Origin: Gaiellaceae bacterium
GTDB lineage: Bacteria > Actinomycetota > Thermoleophilia > Gaiellales > Gaiellaceae
NCBI GenBank assembly: GCA_036394855.1
Contig: DASWEF010000070.1
Coordinates: 18,189 to 82,188, forward strand
Direction: 5' to 3'
DNA length: 64,000 nucleotides
A program made the translations under genes and the position numbers. Of the stretch, positions 9,266 to 18,039 are shown in pieces. Position 1 is the stretch's first letter. The number at the start of each line of letters is the position of its first letter. The notes beneath the pieces are model-generated. The model was not told the origin of the DNA and did not search any database. It saw nothing but the letters and a program-made list of their open reading frames with translations.

Positions 9266-10255
9266 TCAGAAAAGCGCCTGGACAGGCCAGTAAAAGGCCG
9301 CCGCGGCAGCGCCGGCGGCAGGAATCGTGAGGATCCAGGCGACGACGATGTTTCCCGCCACGCCCCACCGCACCGCGGAGAGGCGTTGCGTCGCGCCCGC
9401 CCCCATGACCGCCCCGGAGATGACGTGCGTCGTCGACAAGGGGTAGCCGTACTTCGTCGCGGCATAGATGGTCGCGCCGGCCGCCGCCTGCGAGGCGAAT
9501 CCGCTCTCCGGCTCCATCTTGAAGATCCGTTGGCCGAGCGTCCGCATGATCCGCCAGCCGCCGACGTAGGTGCCGAGACCGATCGCCAGACCGGCAGCGA
9601 CCTTCACCCACGTCGGAATGTAGAAGTGATCGATGGAGCCGTTGGCGAACAGCGCGAGCGCAATCACTCCCATCGTCTTCTGCGCGTCGTTGGCGCCGTG
9701 CGTAAAGGCCATGAACGTGCCGGACGCGAGCTGGCCGAGACGAAACCCACGGTTCGCGACGCCGCGCGTGATCCACGAGAACGCCCAGAAGATGACGAGC
9801 AGCAGGAGGAAGGCCGCAGTGAACGCGATCAGCGGCGCGATCAGGGCGGGGATCACGACCTTGTGCGCGAGACCGTGCCACAGGACGCCGTTCTCGCCCG
9901 ACTGGACGAGCGCCGCGCCGACAAGCCCGCCGATCAGCGCGTGTGAGGAGCTCGACGGCAGCCCGAACCACCAGGTCAGGAGGTTCCAGACGATCGCGCC
10001 GAGCAACGCGGCGAGCACGGTGCGCGTGTTGATCAGGCCGCTGTCGACGACGTCCTTCCCTACCGTCTTCGCCACCGCGGTCGTCACGAACGCCCCGGCG
10101 AGATTCGCCAGGGACGCGACGAGCACCGCCATCCGCGGCGTCAGCGCACGCGTCGAGACCGAGGTCGCGACCGCGTTCGCCGTGTCGTGGAATCCGTTCG
10201 TGAAGTCGAAGCCGAGCGCGACCAAGACGACGACAACGACAAGAACGCTGTCCAC
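9266..10255 (-). CDS. pit: inorganic phosphate transporter, PiT family
   Basis: 329 aa. N-terminal FDFTNGFHDTANAVATSV and internal repeat FTHGANDAQKTMGVI are PHO4/PiT signatures. Confidence 0.9.
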   Translation of the reverse strand: MDSVLVVVVVLVALGFDFTNGFHDTANAVATSVSTRALTPRMAVLVASLANLAGAFVTTAVAKTVGKDVVDSGLINTRTVLAALLGAIVWNLLTWWFGLPSSSSHALIGGLVGAALVQSGENGVLWHGLAHKVVIPALIAPLIAFTAAFLLLLVIFWAFSWITRGVANRGFRLGQLASGTFMAFTHGANDAQKTMGVIALALFANGSIDHFYIPTWVKVAAGLAIGLGTYVGGWRIMRTLGQRIFKMEPESGFASQAAAGATIYAATKYGYPLSTTHVISGAVMGAGATQRLSAVRWGVAGNIVVAWILTIPAAGAAAAAFYWPVQALF

Positions 10256-10876
10256 TTACCGGTTCTTGACGAGAATCCCCTCGAGGACGTCCGCCGCGTT
10301 CTCGCAGGCGTCGACCGCCTCCTCGAGCTGCTCGTGGATGTCCTTCCAGCGGATCACGGCAATCGGGTCCTCGCCCGAGGAGAAGAGCTCGGAGACGGCG
10401 TCGCGGTTGAGACGGTCGCCCTCGTCCTCGAGGTCACGCAGCGCGTGCAACTGGCTCGCCGAATCCTTGAACCCCTCGAGCCGCTCGACCGCCTCGTGGA
10501 GCTTCTCGGCGCTGCGAAGGATCACCTGCGCCTGCTCCCTCGCCTTCGGGCGGATGTTCTCCACGCCGTAGCCGGCAATGTTCCCGGCGGCCTCGTCGAC
10601 GTGATCGCAGATGTCGTCGAGCGCGCCCGCGAGGCGATAGAGATCCTCGCGGTCGAAGGGCGTCACGAAGGTTCGGTTGATCAGGTCCACGACCTGACGC
10701 GTGAGCCGGTCGCCCTCGTGCTCGAGCTCCTTGATCTCCCTCAGCAGGTAGCCGTTGGACGGAAACTCGTCGAGCAGCTTGACGAGCAGGCCCGCGATGC
10801 CGACCGCGTTGCTCGACGCGCGCTCCAGGAGCCGGAAGAACTCACGGTTCTGCGGGACCAGCGAGATGCGTGCCAC
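10256..10876 (-). CDS. DUF47 / PhoU-like Pit accessory protein
   Basis: 206 aa. EHEGDRLTRQVVDLINRTFVTPFDREDLYRLAGALDDICD matches the DUF47 (YkaA-type) pattern. Directly abuts pit. Confidence 0.85.
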   Translation of the reverse strand: MARISLVPQNREFFRLLERASSNAVGIAGLLVKLLDEFPSNGYLLREIKELEHEGDRLTRQVVDLINRTFVTPFDREDLYRLAGALDDICDHVDEAAGNIAGYGVENIRPKAREQAQVILRSAEKLHEAVERLEGFKDSASQLHALRDLEDEGDRLNRDAVSELFSSGEDPIAVIRWKDIHEQLEEAVDACENAADVLEGILVKNR

Positions 10877-10912
10877 GGGCGCTCCCTCCCGAAGTTTGAC
10901 CGCGGGAGTCTG

Positions 10913-11593
10913 TCAGGCTTCGCGCGGCGTCGGGTGCGAAGCGTCCGTGAACTCGCGAAACTCCGCCGTCAGCAGGTAGGCCGTCTGCTCCCCGATGTCG
11001 ACGGCGTGATCGCCGATCCGCTCGAGTGCGCGCGAGATGATGACCATACGCAGGCCGTACTCGCGCATCTCAGGGTCTTCGCCCAGCTCCAGGATGCGCT
11101 GGACGACGCGGCGGTTCGCCCGGTCGACCAGCTCGTCGAGGTCGACCAGCGACTCGGCCCCCTCGAGGTCCCGGTTGCCAAAGGAGTCGAGCGCGATCCG
11201 GATCATCTCCTCGCACCGTGAGCCCATCTCCTCGAAGCCCTCGACGAAGCGCGGGCCGGGGTCCACTTCCGGGACGAGCTTCGACAGCTTCGCGATCGTG
11301 ACGCAGTAGTCCGCCATGCGCTCGAGATGAAGGTTGACGTGCAGGATCGCGAGCACGAGACGCAGGTCGCTCGCCACGGGGGTCTGCCGGGCCAGCAGCA
11401 GCTGGATCCCCTCCTCGATCCTGATGTAGCGCTCGTCGACGTCGTCGTCGAAGGCGATTACCTCGTCGGCGAGCTCATGGTCGCGTTGTTCCAGGGCGTT
11501 GATCGCGCCGCGAAGCGCGCGCAGGACGAGCGCTCCTTCTTCCTGGAGGGTCACCTCGAGTTGGTCGAGCTCCTCCTGGAAGGTCGTTCTCAT
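10913..11593 (-). CDS. phoU: phosphate signalling complex protein PhoU
   Basis: 226 aa, two PhoU repeats ([13 protein letters not shown] / [12 protein letters not shown]). ATGA overlap with pstB. Confidence 0.9.
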   Translation of the reverse strand: MRTTFQEELDQLEVTLQEEGALVLRALRGAINALEQRDHELADEVIAFDDDVDERYIRIEEGIQLLLARQTPVASDLRLVLAILHVNLHLERMADYCVTIAKLSKLVPEVDPGPRFVEGFEEMGSRCEEMIRIALDSFGNRDLEGAESLVDLDELVDRANRRVVQRILELGEDPEMREYGLRMVIISRALERIGDHAVDIGEQTAYLLTAEFREFTDASHPTPREA

Positions 11594-12438
11594 CCGAACC
11601 TCCCGGTGACGTAATCCTCGGTGCGCTTGTCGGACGGATTCGTGAAGATCTTGTCCGTCGCGTCGTACTCGACGAGCACGCCGGTCCGGCGGTGGTCATC
11701 GACCTCGAGGCTGAAGAAGGCGGTGAGGTCGGCGACACGCGCAGCCTGCTGCATGTTGTGGGTCACGATCACGAGCGTGTAGTCGCGCTTGAGCTCGTGC
11801 ATCAGGTCCTCGATCGCCGAGGTCGCGATCGGGTCGAGCGCAGATGCAGGCTCGTCGAGGAGGAGGACTTCGGGCTCGATCGCGATCGCGCGTGCGATGC
11901 AGAGGCGCTGCTGCTGCCCTCCGGAGAGGGAGAGCGCGTTCTTCTTGAGCCGATCCTTGACCTCCTCCCAGAGCGCGGCACTGCGCAGCGCGTTCTCGAC
12001 ACGCTCGTCGACATTCTTTTTCATGCCAAGCACGCGCGGTCCCCAGGCGACGTTGTCGTAGATCGACTTCGGGAAGGGATTTGCCTTCTGGAACACCATC
12101 CCGATCCTGCGGCGCACTTCGACCGGGTCGACGCCTGACGCGTACAGGTCGTCGCCGTGGTAGAGGATCCTGCCCTCGATCTTCGCGCCGGGCACGAGGT
12201 CGTTCATGCGGTTGAGGCAGCGGATGAAGGTGCTCTTCCCGCAGCCGGACGGGCCGATCACAGCGGTGATGAGGTTCCGGTAGATCTCGAGGTCGACGTC
12301 GCTGACCGCGGTCGTCGCGCGCCCGTAGTTGACCGTCAGCCCTTGGACCTCGAAGACGACCTCGCGCTGGACCGGACCCGACTCCCTCCTCGCTTGCGCG
12401 ACGTCTATCACCCGCGGCATCGTAAAGCTCCCGCTCAT
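11590..12438 (-). CDS. pstB: phosphate ABC transporter ATP-binding protein PstB
   Basis: [46 protein letters not shown]. Confidence 0.95.
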   Translation of the reverse strand: MSGSFTMPRVIDVAQARRESGPVQREVVFEVQGLTVNYGRATTAVSDVDLEIYRNLITAVIGPSGCGKSTFIRCLNRMNDLVPGAKIEGRILYHGDDLYASGVDPVEVRRRIGMVFQKANPFPKSIYDNVAWGPRVLGMKKNVDERVENALRSAALWEEVKDRLKKNALSLSGGQQQRLCIARAIAIEPEVLLLDEPASALDPIATSAIEDLMHELKRDYTLVIVTHNMQQAARVADLTAFFSLEVDDHRRTGVLVEYDATDKIFTNPSDKRTEDYVTGRFG

Positions 12439-13283
12439 GGGTTCAGCTTCCTGCGGCTGCGTGCGAGCAACGCCTTGGCGGCGAGGCTCGCCAACAGGAC
12501 GAACGCCATCAGAACGAGCGCGGCGGCCCAGGCCTGCTCGTGCAGCGCGGGATCCGCCTGCTCGGAGTACGTGAAGATGAGGACGGGAATGTTCGGCAGC
12601 GCCTTAGTGATGTCCGTTTGGACCGTGTTGGCGAAGATCGAACTGGTGAAGAGGAGCGGCGCCGTCTCGCCGGCGGCCCGTGCAACGGCGAGCACCGTCC
12701 CGGTGAGAATGCCGCCGACGCTCGAAGGCAGGATCACGCCGAGGACGGTGCGCCATCGACGCACCCCGAGGGCCAGGCTCGCCTCGCGAAGCGTCGACGG
12801 GACGAGCAACAGGACCTCCTGCGTCGCACGCGCGACGAGCGGGAGCATGATGATCGCCAGCGCGATCGCGCCTGCCAAGCCGCTCTGTGTGTGGCCGATC
12901 ACGAGCAGCGCGTAGACGAAGATCCCGATCACGATCGTCGGGAGACCGGCCAGGACGTCGATGACGATTTGGATCGGGACCGCCAGTCGCCTCGGCGCGA
13001 ACTCCGTCAGATAGATCGCCGTCAGCACGCCGACAGGGAGGGCTATCGCCGTGGCAAGCGCGACGAGCAGGATCGTCCCGATGAGCGCGTTCGCGATTCC
13101 GCCGCCCGGCTGGCCGAAGAGCGCCTGCGGCTTCGTGAAGAAGTCCCAGCTGAGCGCGCCGGCGCCACGCAAGGTGACCGAGACGACCACGATCACGAGG
13201 ACGGCGACGGCGACGAGCGCGGCCACCGTTGCGATCCCCTCCATGGCGCGATTGACGAGCCGGCGGCGGCTGTAACGGCTCAT
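12435..13283 (-). CDS. pstA: phosphate ABC transporter permease PstA
   Basis: ATG 13283 ([23 protein letters not shown]...). The ORF-track 453-aa version extends artefactually into pstC. 4-nt overlaps with pstC and pstB. Confidence 0.9.
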   Translation of the reverse strand: MSRYSRRRLVNRAMEGIATVAALVAVAVLVIVVVSVTLRGAGALSWDFFTKPQALFGQPGGGIANALIGTILLVALATAIALPVGVLTAIYLTEFAPRRLAVPIQIVIDVLAGLPTIVIGIFVYALLVIGHTQSGLAGAIALAIIMLPLVARATQEVLLLVPSTLREASLALGVRRWRTVLGVILPSSVGGILTGTVLAVARAAGETAPLLFTSSIFANTVQTDITKALPNIPVLIFTYSEQADPALHEQAWAAALVLMAFVLLASLAAKALLARSRRKLNP

Positions 13284-14248
13284 GCTCGGGCTCCACGGAG
13301 CGGATCGAATCGCCGGACGATGATTTGGGCGATGAGGTTCGCCAAGAGCCCGATCACGAGCAGGATGGCTGCGAGGTAGAGCAGCGAGGAAGTCTCGAGT
13401 CCCGGATTGGCGCCCTGATAGCTCGAGGCGAGCTTGCTCGCGAGCGTGTCCGCGGGCGGGAAGAGCGACCACCCGATCCGTGTGCCGCCGCCGATCACCT
13501 GAGTGACGGCGATTGCCTCGCCGATCGCGCGGCCGAGCCCGAGAATCAGCGCCGCGGCAATGCCCGAGCGCGTCGCCGGCAGGATGACGCCACGGACCAT
13601 CTCCCAGCGCGTCGTCCCGAGTGCGAGCGCTCCCTCCTCGAGCTCGCGGGGAACACCGAGAAAGAGCTCGCGACTGATCGAGGCGACGATCGGGACGATC
13701 ATGATCGTGAGAATCAGCGCGGCGGTGAAGAGCCCCTGGCCGGTCTGCTGCGGATCGCCGAACAGCGGGATGAAGCCGAGGGTGGTGTGGAGCCACGGCT
13801 CGACGTGATGTGCGACGAACGGACCGAGCACGAGGATGCCCCAGAGTCCGAGCACGACGCTCGGAACCGCCGCGAGGAGCTCGACGAGCGAGCCGACGAG
13901 CCCGCGCACCCCTCGCGGAGCAAGCTCGCTCAGGTAGAGCCCGATCGCGATCGCGAGCGGCGCGGCGATCACGAGCGCGACAAACGAGCTGACAGCCGTG
14001 CCGTAGACGAACGGCAGCGCCCCGAAAACGTGTCTGACCGGATCCCAGGTCCGGCCGGTGACGAAATCGAGACCGAACCGGTCGAACGAGGTTCCCGACA
14101 GGCGGAGCACCTTCCAGACGATCGCGCCGACGAGGATGACGGATCCGAGCGCCGCGGCAAGCGTCAGGCCGTGTAGCAATAGGTCCCCGACGCGCCCGCG
14201 GAACCGGCGGCGGGTCTGCAGCGGGCTCGTCGTCGGGACGGCGCTCAC
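13280..14248 (-). CDS. pstC: phosphate ABC transporter permease PstC
   Basis: 322 aa, GTG start, multi-TM with the EAA-type loop REGALALGTTRWEM. Confidence 0.9.
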   Translation of the reverse strand: MSAVPTTSPLQTRRRFRGRVGDLLLHGLTLAAALGSVILVGAIVWKVLRLSGTSFDRFGLDFVTGRTWDPVRHVFGALPFVYGTAVSSFVALVIAAPLAIAIGLYLSELAPRGVRGLVGSLVELLAAVPSVVLGLWGILVLGPFVAHHVEPWLHTTLGFIPLFGDPQQTGQGLFTAALILTIMIVPIVASISRELFLGVPRELEEGALALGTTRWEMVRGVILPATRSGIAAALILGLGRAIGEAIAVTQVIGGGTRIGWSLFPPADTLASKLASSYQGANPGLETSSLLYLAAILLVIGLLANLIAQIIVRRFDPLRGARA

Positions 14249-14288
14249 CGCGCGCGAGCGTACTGCGACGCAGCCAGGCCGCGGACGC

Positions 14289-14332
14289 GGTTCACCACAT
14301 TGTCACCAACCCGTCACCAAGGTTCTTCCCAC
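14289..14332. promoter_or_regulatory. PHO-box-like array of four 11-bp direct repeat units in the divergent pstC/pstS region
   Basis: GGTTCACCACA TTGTCACCAAC CCGTCACCAAG GTTCTTCCCAC. TCACCA recurs at 14292, 14303 and 14314, exactly 11 bp apart. Confidence 0.5.
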
Positions 14333-14389
14333 ATGCGGGAGGAGGCGAGGCAGGCTCGACGTGACCTGGAGCAAAGGAGAGGAGAAATC

Positions 14390-15415
14390 TTGACTCGCAG
14401 GACACTGGCCGTCCTCGGCGCCGTTGCCGCTGCGCTCGCTCTCACGAGCGGAGCAGGCGCGAAGCAGACCGGCGGATCCGTCGTCGGCGCCGGCAGCTCG
14501 TTCGTCGCGCCTCTCGTCTCGGCGTGGATTCCGAAGGTGGACTCGGCGTTTGGCCTCAAAGTCACCTATGGGCCGATCGGTTCAGGCGGAGGCATCCAGC
14601 AGATCATCAACCGCACCGTCGACTTCGGCGCGAGCGACGCTCCGCTGACCCCGGACCAGTTCGCCGCGTGCAAGGGCTGCGTTCAGATCCCGTGGGCGCT
14701 CTCGGCGACGTCGCTGGCCTATCGGGGTAACGGTCTGCCGAACCACATCAAGCTCGACGGGAAGGCAGTAGCCGGAATCTTCCTGGGGAGGATCAAGAAG
14801 TGGAGTGACCCCGCGATCAAGAAGCTGAACAAGGGCCGGAGCCTGCCCGACCTTCAGATCACCGTCATCCATCGCAGCGACAACAGCGGGACCACGTACA
14901 ACCTGACCGAGTACCTCAACAGTGTCAGCAAGGAGTGGAAGAGTCGCGTCGGGAAGGGTGTCGCGGTCGACTGGCCCACAGGTGTCGGGGCCCGCGGCAG
15001 CTCGGGCGTATCGGCAACCCTGAGCCAGACCAACGGCGGAATCACGTACGTCGACGTTGCGTACTCGCTGAAGAACCACTTCGACTTCGCGGCTATCCGA
15101 AACCGTGCGGGCGTCTACCAGCTCCCGGGGCTCCGGGGCATCGCGGCGGCGGGCGCGACGATCCTCCGGGTGGCGCCGAACAACAGCGGCATCTCGATCG
15201 TCAACCCCGCGCAGCGACAGCCGCTCGCCTATCCGATCTGCACTTTCACCTACGTCATCCTTCCGATGAAGACGTCGAAGGCGCAGGAGCTGAAGCAGTT
15301 CGTCCGCTGGGCGCTGACGCGCGGTCAGGCGTCCGGGCCGAAGCTGCTCTTCGCGCCGATCCCGAAGGTCGTCCTCAAGGCGTCCCTCACGGCGGTCAAC
15401 TCGGTGCACGCATAG
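14390..15415 (+). CDS. pstS: phosphate ABC transporter substrate-binding protein PstS
   Basis: TTG 14390 with AAGGAGAGGAG SD at 14374-14384. Signal peptide LTRRTLAVLGAVAAALALTSGAGA. GAGSSFVAPL and SDNSGTTYNLTEYL are PstS-type motifs. Confidence 0.85.
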   Translation: MTRRTLAVLGAVAAALALTSGAGAKQTGGSVVGAGSSFVAPLVSAWIPKVDSAFGLKVTYGPIGSGGGIQQIINRTVDFGASDAPLTPDQFAACKGCVQIPWALSATSLAYRGNGLPNHIKLDGKAVAGIFLGRIKKWSDPAIKKLNKGRSLPDLQITVIHRSDNSGTTYNLTEYLNSVSKEWKSRVGKGVAVDWPTGVGARGSSGVSATLSQTNGGITYVDVAYSLKNHFDFAAIRNRAGVYQLPGLRGIAAAGATILRVAPNNSGISIVNPAQRQPLAYPICTFTYVILPMKTSKAQELKQFVRWALTRGQASGPKLLFAPIPKVVLKASLTAVNSVHA

Positions 15416-16079
15416 GAAAGCTGCATCGAACCGTGAGTCCGTGACCCGGCCCGCCGGTCGCCTCCACCTCGCCGCCGGCGGCGACGACGACGTGCTTCAC
15501 GATCGCGAGGCCGAGGCCCGTGCCCCTCGAGGCGCGGGCCCGGTCCCCGCGGTAGAAGCGCTCGAACACACGGGCGAGCTCGTCCTCTTCCAGCCCACCA
15601 CCGTCGTCCGCGGCCTCGAGCAGATCAGGGCGCGCCGTCAGGGTCAGCGTCGAGCCCGGGCCCGCGTACCGGATGGCGTTCTCGGCGAGGTTCTCCACCA
15701 CGATCTGCAGCATCCGCCGGCGCAGCGGAAGCGCGACAGCGGTCGCCGCTTCGATATGCACGGCGACGTCCGCCCGCTCCGCGCTGTCAGCGAGCCGGTC
15801 GCGGACTTCCTCGAGCACCGGGAGCGCCGGCGTCGAGCCGAGCGCGACGACCTCGCGGCCGCTCTCGAGCTCGGACAGGAAGAGCACATCGTCGACGAGC
15901 TCGCTCATCTCCTCGACCTGCTCTCGAGCCTGGGCAAGGAGTGCGTCGCGATCGGCTTCGGGAAGCGCCGCAGTCTCCAGCAGCGCCAGCAGCCGTGCCA
16001 GGGGCGTGCGCAGCTCGTGGGAGACTGCAGCCGTGAATCCGACGCGCAGCTCCTCGTAGGCCCGTGTCCCTTCCTGCAT
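15396..16079 (-). CDS. sensor-less histidine kinase (DHp + catalytic domain only, 227 aa), PhoR/SenX3-like core
   Basis: ATG 16079. H-box AVSHELRTPLARL at residues about 18-30. N/G boxes ENLAENAIRYAG and GTGLGLAIVKH. Upstream in-frame sequence is an Arg-rich antisense shadow of the regulator gene. Confidence 0.8.
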   Translation of the reverse strand: MQEGTRAYEELRVGFTAAVSHELRTPLARLLALLETAALPEADRDALLAQAREQVEEMSELVDDVLFLSELESGREVVALGSTPALPVLEEVRDRLADSAERADVAVHIEAATAVALPLRRRMLQIVVENLAENAIRYAGPGSTLTLTARPDLLEAADDGGGLEEDELARVFERFYRGDRARASRGTGLGLAIVKHVVVAAGGEVEATGGPGHGLTVRCSFPMRAPS

Positions 16080-16090
16080 CGGACACGAGT

Positions 16091-16792
16091 ATGGCCAAGG
16101 TCCTGATCGTCGAGGACGACTCCGTGATCGCGGACGGGATGGCGCGGCACCTCGCCGCCGCGGGATTCGACCCCGTCGTCGTTGGCAAGGGAGACCAGGG
16201 ACTGGCCCGGCTGCGATTCGAGCGTCCCGACGTCTGCGTCCTCGACCTGATGCTGCCGGGACGCGACGGCTGGAGCGTGATCGAGAGCGCACGCGCCGAG
16301 GGAATTCCGACGCCGATCGTCGTCGTGAGCGCGCGCGGGACCGAGCACGATCGCGTGCACGCCCTCGAGATTGGGGCGGACGACTACCTCGTGAAGCCGT
16401 TCTCGATGAACGAGCTCGTCGCACGCGTACGCGCGGCGTCACGGAGAGCGCTGCGCCGAGACGATGCGACGCGCGGCGAGCCGATCGAGATCGAAGAGCT
16501 CCGCATCGATCCGCACGAGGTCCAGGCGTTCGTCGAAGGCGAGAGCGCGGGCTTGACGCCCACCGAGTTCCGGCTCCTCTACCAGCTCGCCCTCGAGCGC
16601 GGTCGCGTCGTGACCCGCGACGAGCTGTTGCAGAAGATCTGGGGCCGCCGCGAGACGCATCGCGACCGCACCGTCGACGTCTTCGTGCGGCGCCTACGTG
16701 ACAAGATCGACCGGCGCGCGTCGCGGCATACGTTCATCCAGACGCGCTACGGGGTCGGCTACCGGCTCGAGCCCATGTCGAAGCGAGACTAG
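16091..16792 (+). CDS. OmpR/PhoB-family response regulator
   Basis: ATG 16091 (MAKVLIVEDDSVIADG...), VCVLDLMLPGRDG. Winged-helix LTPTEFRLLYQLA...GVGYRL. Confidence 0.9.
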   Translation: MAKVLIVEDDSVIADGMARHLAAAGFDPVVVGKGDQGLARLRFERPDVCVLDLMLPGRDGWSVIESARAEGIPTPIVVVSARGTEHDRVHALEIGADDYLVKPFSMNELVARVRAASRRALRRDDATRGEPIEIEELRIDPHEVQAFVEGESAGLTPTEFRLLYQLALERGRVVTRDELLQKIWGRRETHRDRTVDVFVRRLRDKIDRRASRHTFIQTRYGVGYRLEPMSKRD

Positions 16793-16811
16793 CCGCGCCC
16801 GATCGAGCCGT

Positions 16812-16860
16812 GGCCCGAACGGCAGGGTCTGACCCTGGCCGTGACGAAAGTGTGGCTTTT
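16812..16860 (+). repeat. copy C of a dispersed palindrome-containing element
   Basis: GGCCCGAACGGCAGGGTCTGACCCTGGCCGTGACGAAAGTGTGG. Perfect palindrome CAGGGTC-T-GACCCTG at 16823-16837. Near-identical to 44139-44190. Confidence 0.6.
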
Positions 16861-16909
16861 TCGTCGCGGATGTGACTCGAGAAAAGGGGCGCCGCTAGAG
16901 TTCGAAGCG

Positions 16910-17074
16910 ATGCTCCTTCGTTTCCGGCTCTGGCTGTATCGGGCGCTGCCGTTTCTCGAGCGGTGGGGCGAATACGCGCCGGCCTGTTGCGGAACGTGTC
17001 CGACGTGCCTTGGAGCGACGGCGACGGGCGCTTCGATCACGTGGCTCGGATCGAAGCGACGAGACGACGACTAA
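16910..17074 (+). CDS. small Cys-rich hypothetical protein (54 aa; 77 aa if GTG 16841 is used)
   Basis: MLLRFRLWLYRALPFLERWGEYAPACCGTCPTCLGATATG... with a CCGTCPTC cluster. Moderate GC3 and no good SD, so weakly supported. Confidence 0.3.
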   Translation: MLLRFRLWLYRALPFLERWGEYAPACCGTCPTCLGATATGASITWLGSKRRDDD

Positions 17075-17511
17075 CCGAGCCGGCGCTCGGCATCCTCCAG
17101 CAGCACTAACCCGACGAGCCGGCCGTCCGAGGTCGTGACCGGGTAGCTCGTCAGATCGTTCTCGCGCATCCGGTCGACGAGCGCCTGCACCCCGATGCTG
17201 GGGCGAACGGTGCTCGGCCCCTCCCTCATCGCGTCCTCGACCGTCACGTCGTCGTCGCCGCGAATCGCACGGCGGCCGAGGCGCCCCAAGACGACGTTCC
17301 GATCGTTGACGACGATGCAGGTGTCCCAACCGGCCGCGCGAACGCGCTCGCGCACCGCGCCGAGGTCCTCGTCGAGACCACAGGTCGGAACGTCGCGACG
17401 CGCGAGGTCGCCGGCCGACGGCTCGTCCGTCGCAGTTCCCTCACGCGGCAGCCCGGACGAGCCCCAGTCGCGCTTACCGTGCTCGTAGTCGTAGACCTGC
17501 TCGAACCCCAT
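17071..17511 (-). CDS. CBS-pair segment, C-terminal part of a TGA-interrupted rhodanese-CBS gene
   Basis: Begins inside the rhodanese fold (MGFEQVYDYEHGKRDW), followed by two CBS motifs. Same frame as 17548..17751. Confidence 0.7.
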   Translation of the reverse strand: MGFEQVYDYEHGKRDWGSSGLPREGTATDEPSAGDLARRDVPTCGLDEDLGAVRERVRAAGWDTCIVVNDRNVVLGRLGRRAIRGDDDVTVEDAMREGPSTVRPSIGVQALVDRMRENDLTSYPVTTSDGRLVGLVLLEDAERRLG

Positions 17512-17547
17512 CGCTTCGAGCCGCCACGCGGCCCGCGGGCTCTGGTC

Positions 17548-17751
17548 TCACTGGTAGTCGTTGCAGTAGACGATGACGGGACGGCTTCGGTCGAGCTGCG
17601 CCGCCGCTTCCCGATTGAGCTCCTTGAGCGGGATGTTGATCGCACCAGGCAGGTGCTCTTGCTCGTATTCGGGCCGCGGGAGGACCTCGACGAGCTGAGC
17701 CCCCTGCTCGCGCAGGCGTTGCACTCCGGCCCGGTCGATCGGCGTCGGCAT
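17548..17751 (-). CDS. rhodanese-domain N-terminal segment ending at an in-frame TGA
   Basis: EYEQEHLPGAINIPL...RPVIVYCNDYQ then TGA (17550-17548). Read-through continues DQSPRAAWRLEAMGF. Confidence 0.7.
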   Translation of the reverse strand: MPTPIDRAGVQRLREQGAQLVEVLPRPEYEQEHLPGAINIPLKELNREAAAQLDRSRPVIVYCNDYQ

Positions 17752-18029
17752 CAGCCCGATGGAGTGAGCGTGGCGACGGTCCTCCGGCCGTCCACCTCGT
17801 AGATCACGTCGACGGTCTCGTGCTTGCGGTAGGTGCCGGCTACGCCAAGCAGCATGGACAGCCAGCGAATCGGTCCGAGGCGTCCCTCCTGGGCGAGCGT
17901 GCGACGAAAGACGAGCTGGTCGCCGAGGCGGTCGAAGTCACGGCCCGGCTCCTGGCGGACCCCGTTCACGTACACCTCGTAACTATCTCCGACTCCGGCG
18001 GGCAGGTAGACGCGCGACGGTTCATCCAC
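17751..18029 (-). CDS. hypothetical protein (92 aa)
   Basis: GTG start. The stop overlaps the rhodanese start by 1 nt. High GC3. No recognisable family. Confidence 0.5.
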   Translation of the reverse strand: MDEPSRVYLPAGVGDSYEVYVNGVRQEPGRDFDRLGDQLVFRRTLAQEGRLGPIRWLSMLLGVAGTYRKHETVDVIYEVDGRRTVATLTPSG

Positions 18030-18039
18030 GTTTCATAGG

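Noticed and set aside
16080-16442. Upstream extension of the histidine kinase ORF, which would give a 348-aa protein.
   Set aside because: The extension is the antisense of the response-regulator receiver domain and reads as poly-Arg/Ser with no TM or PAS features.
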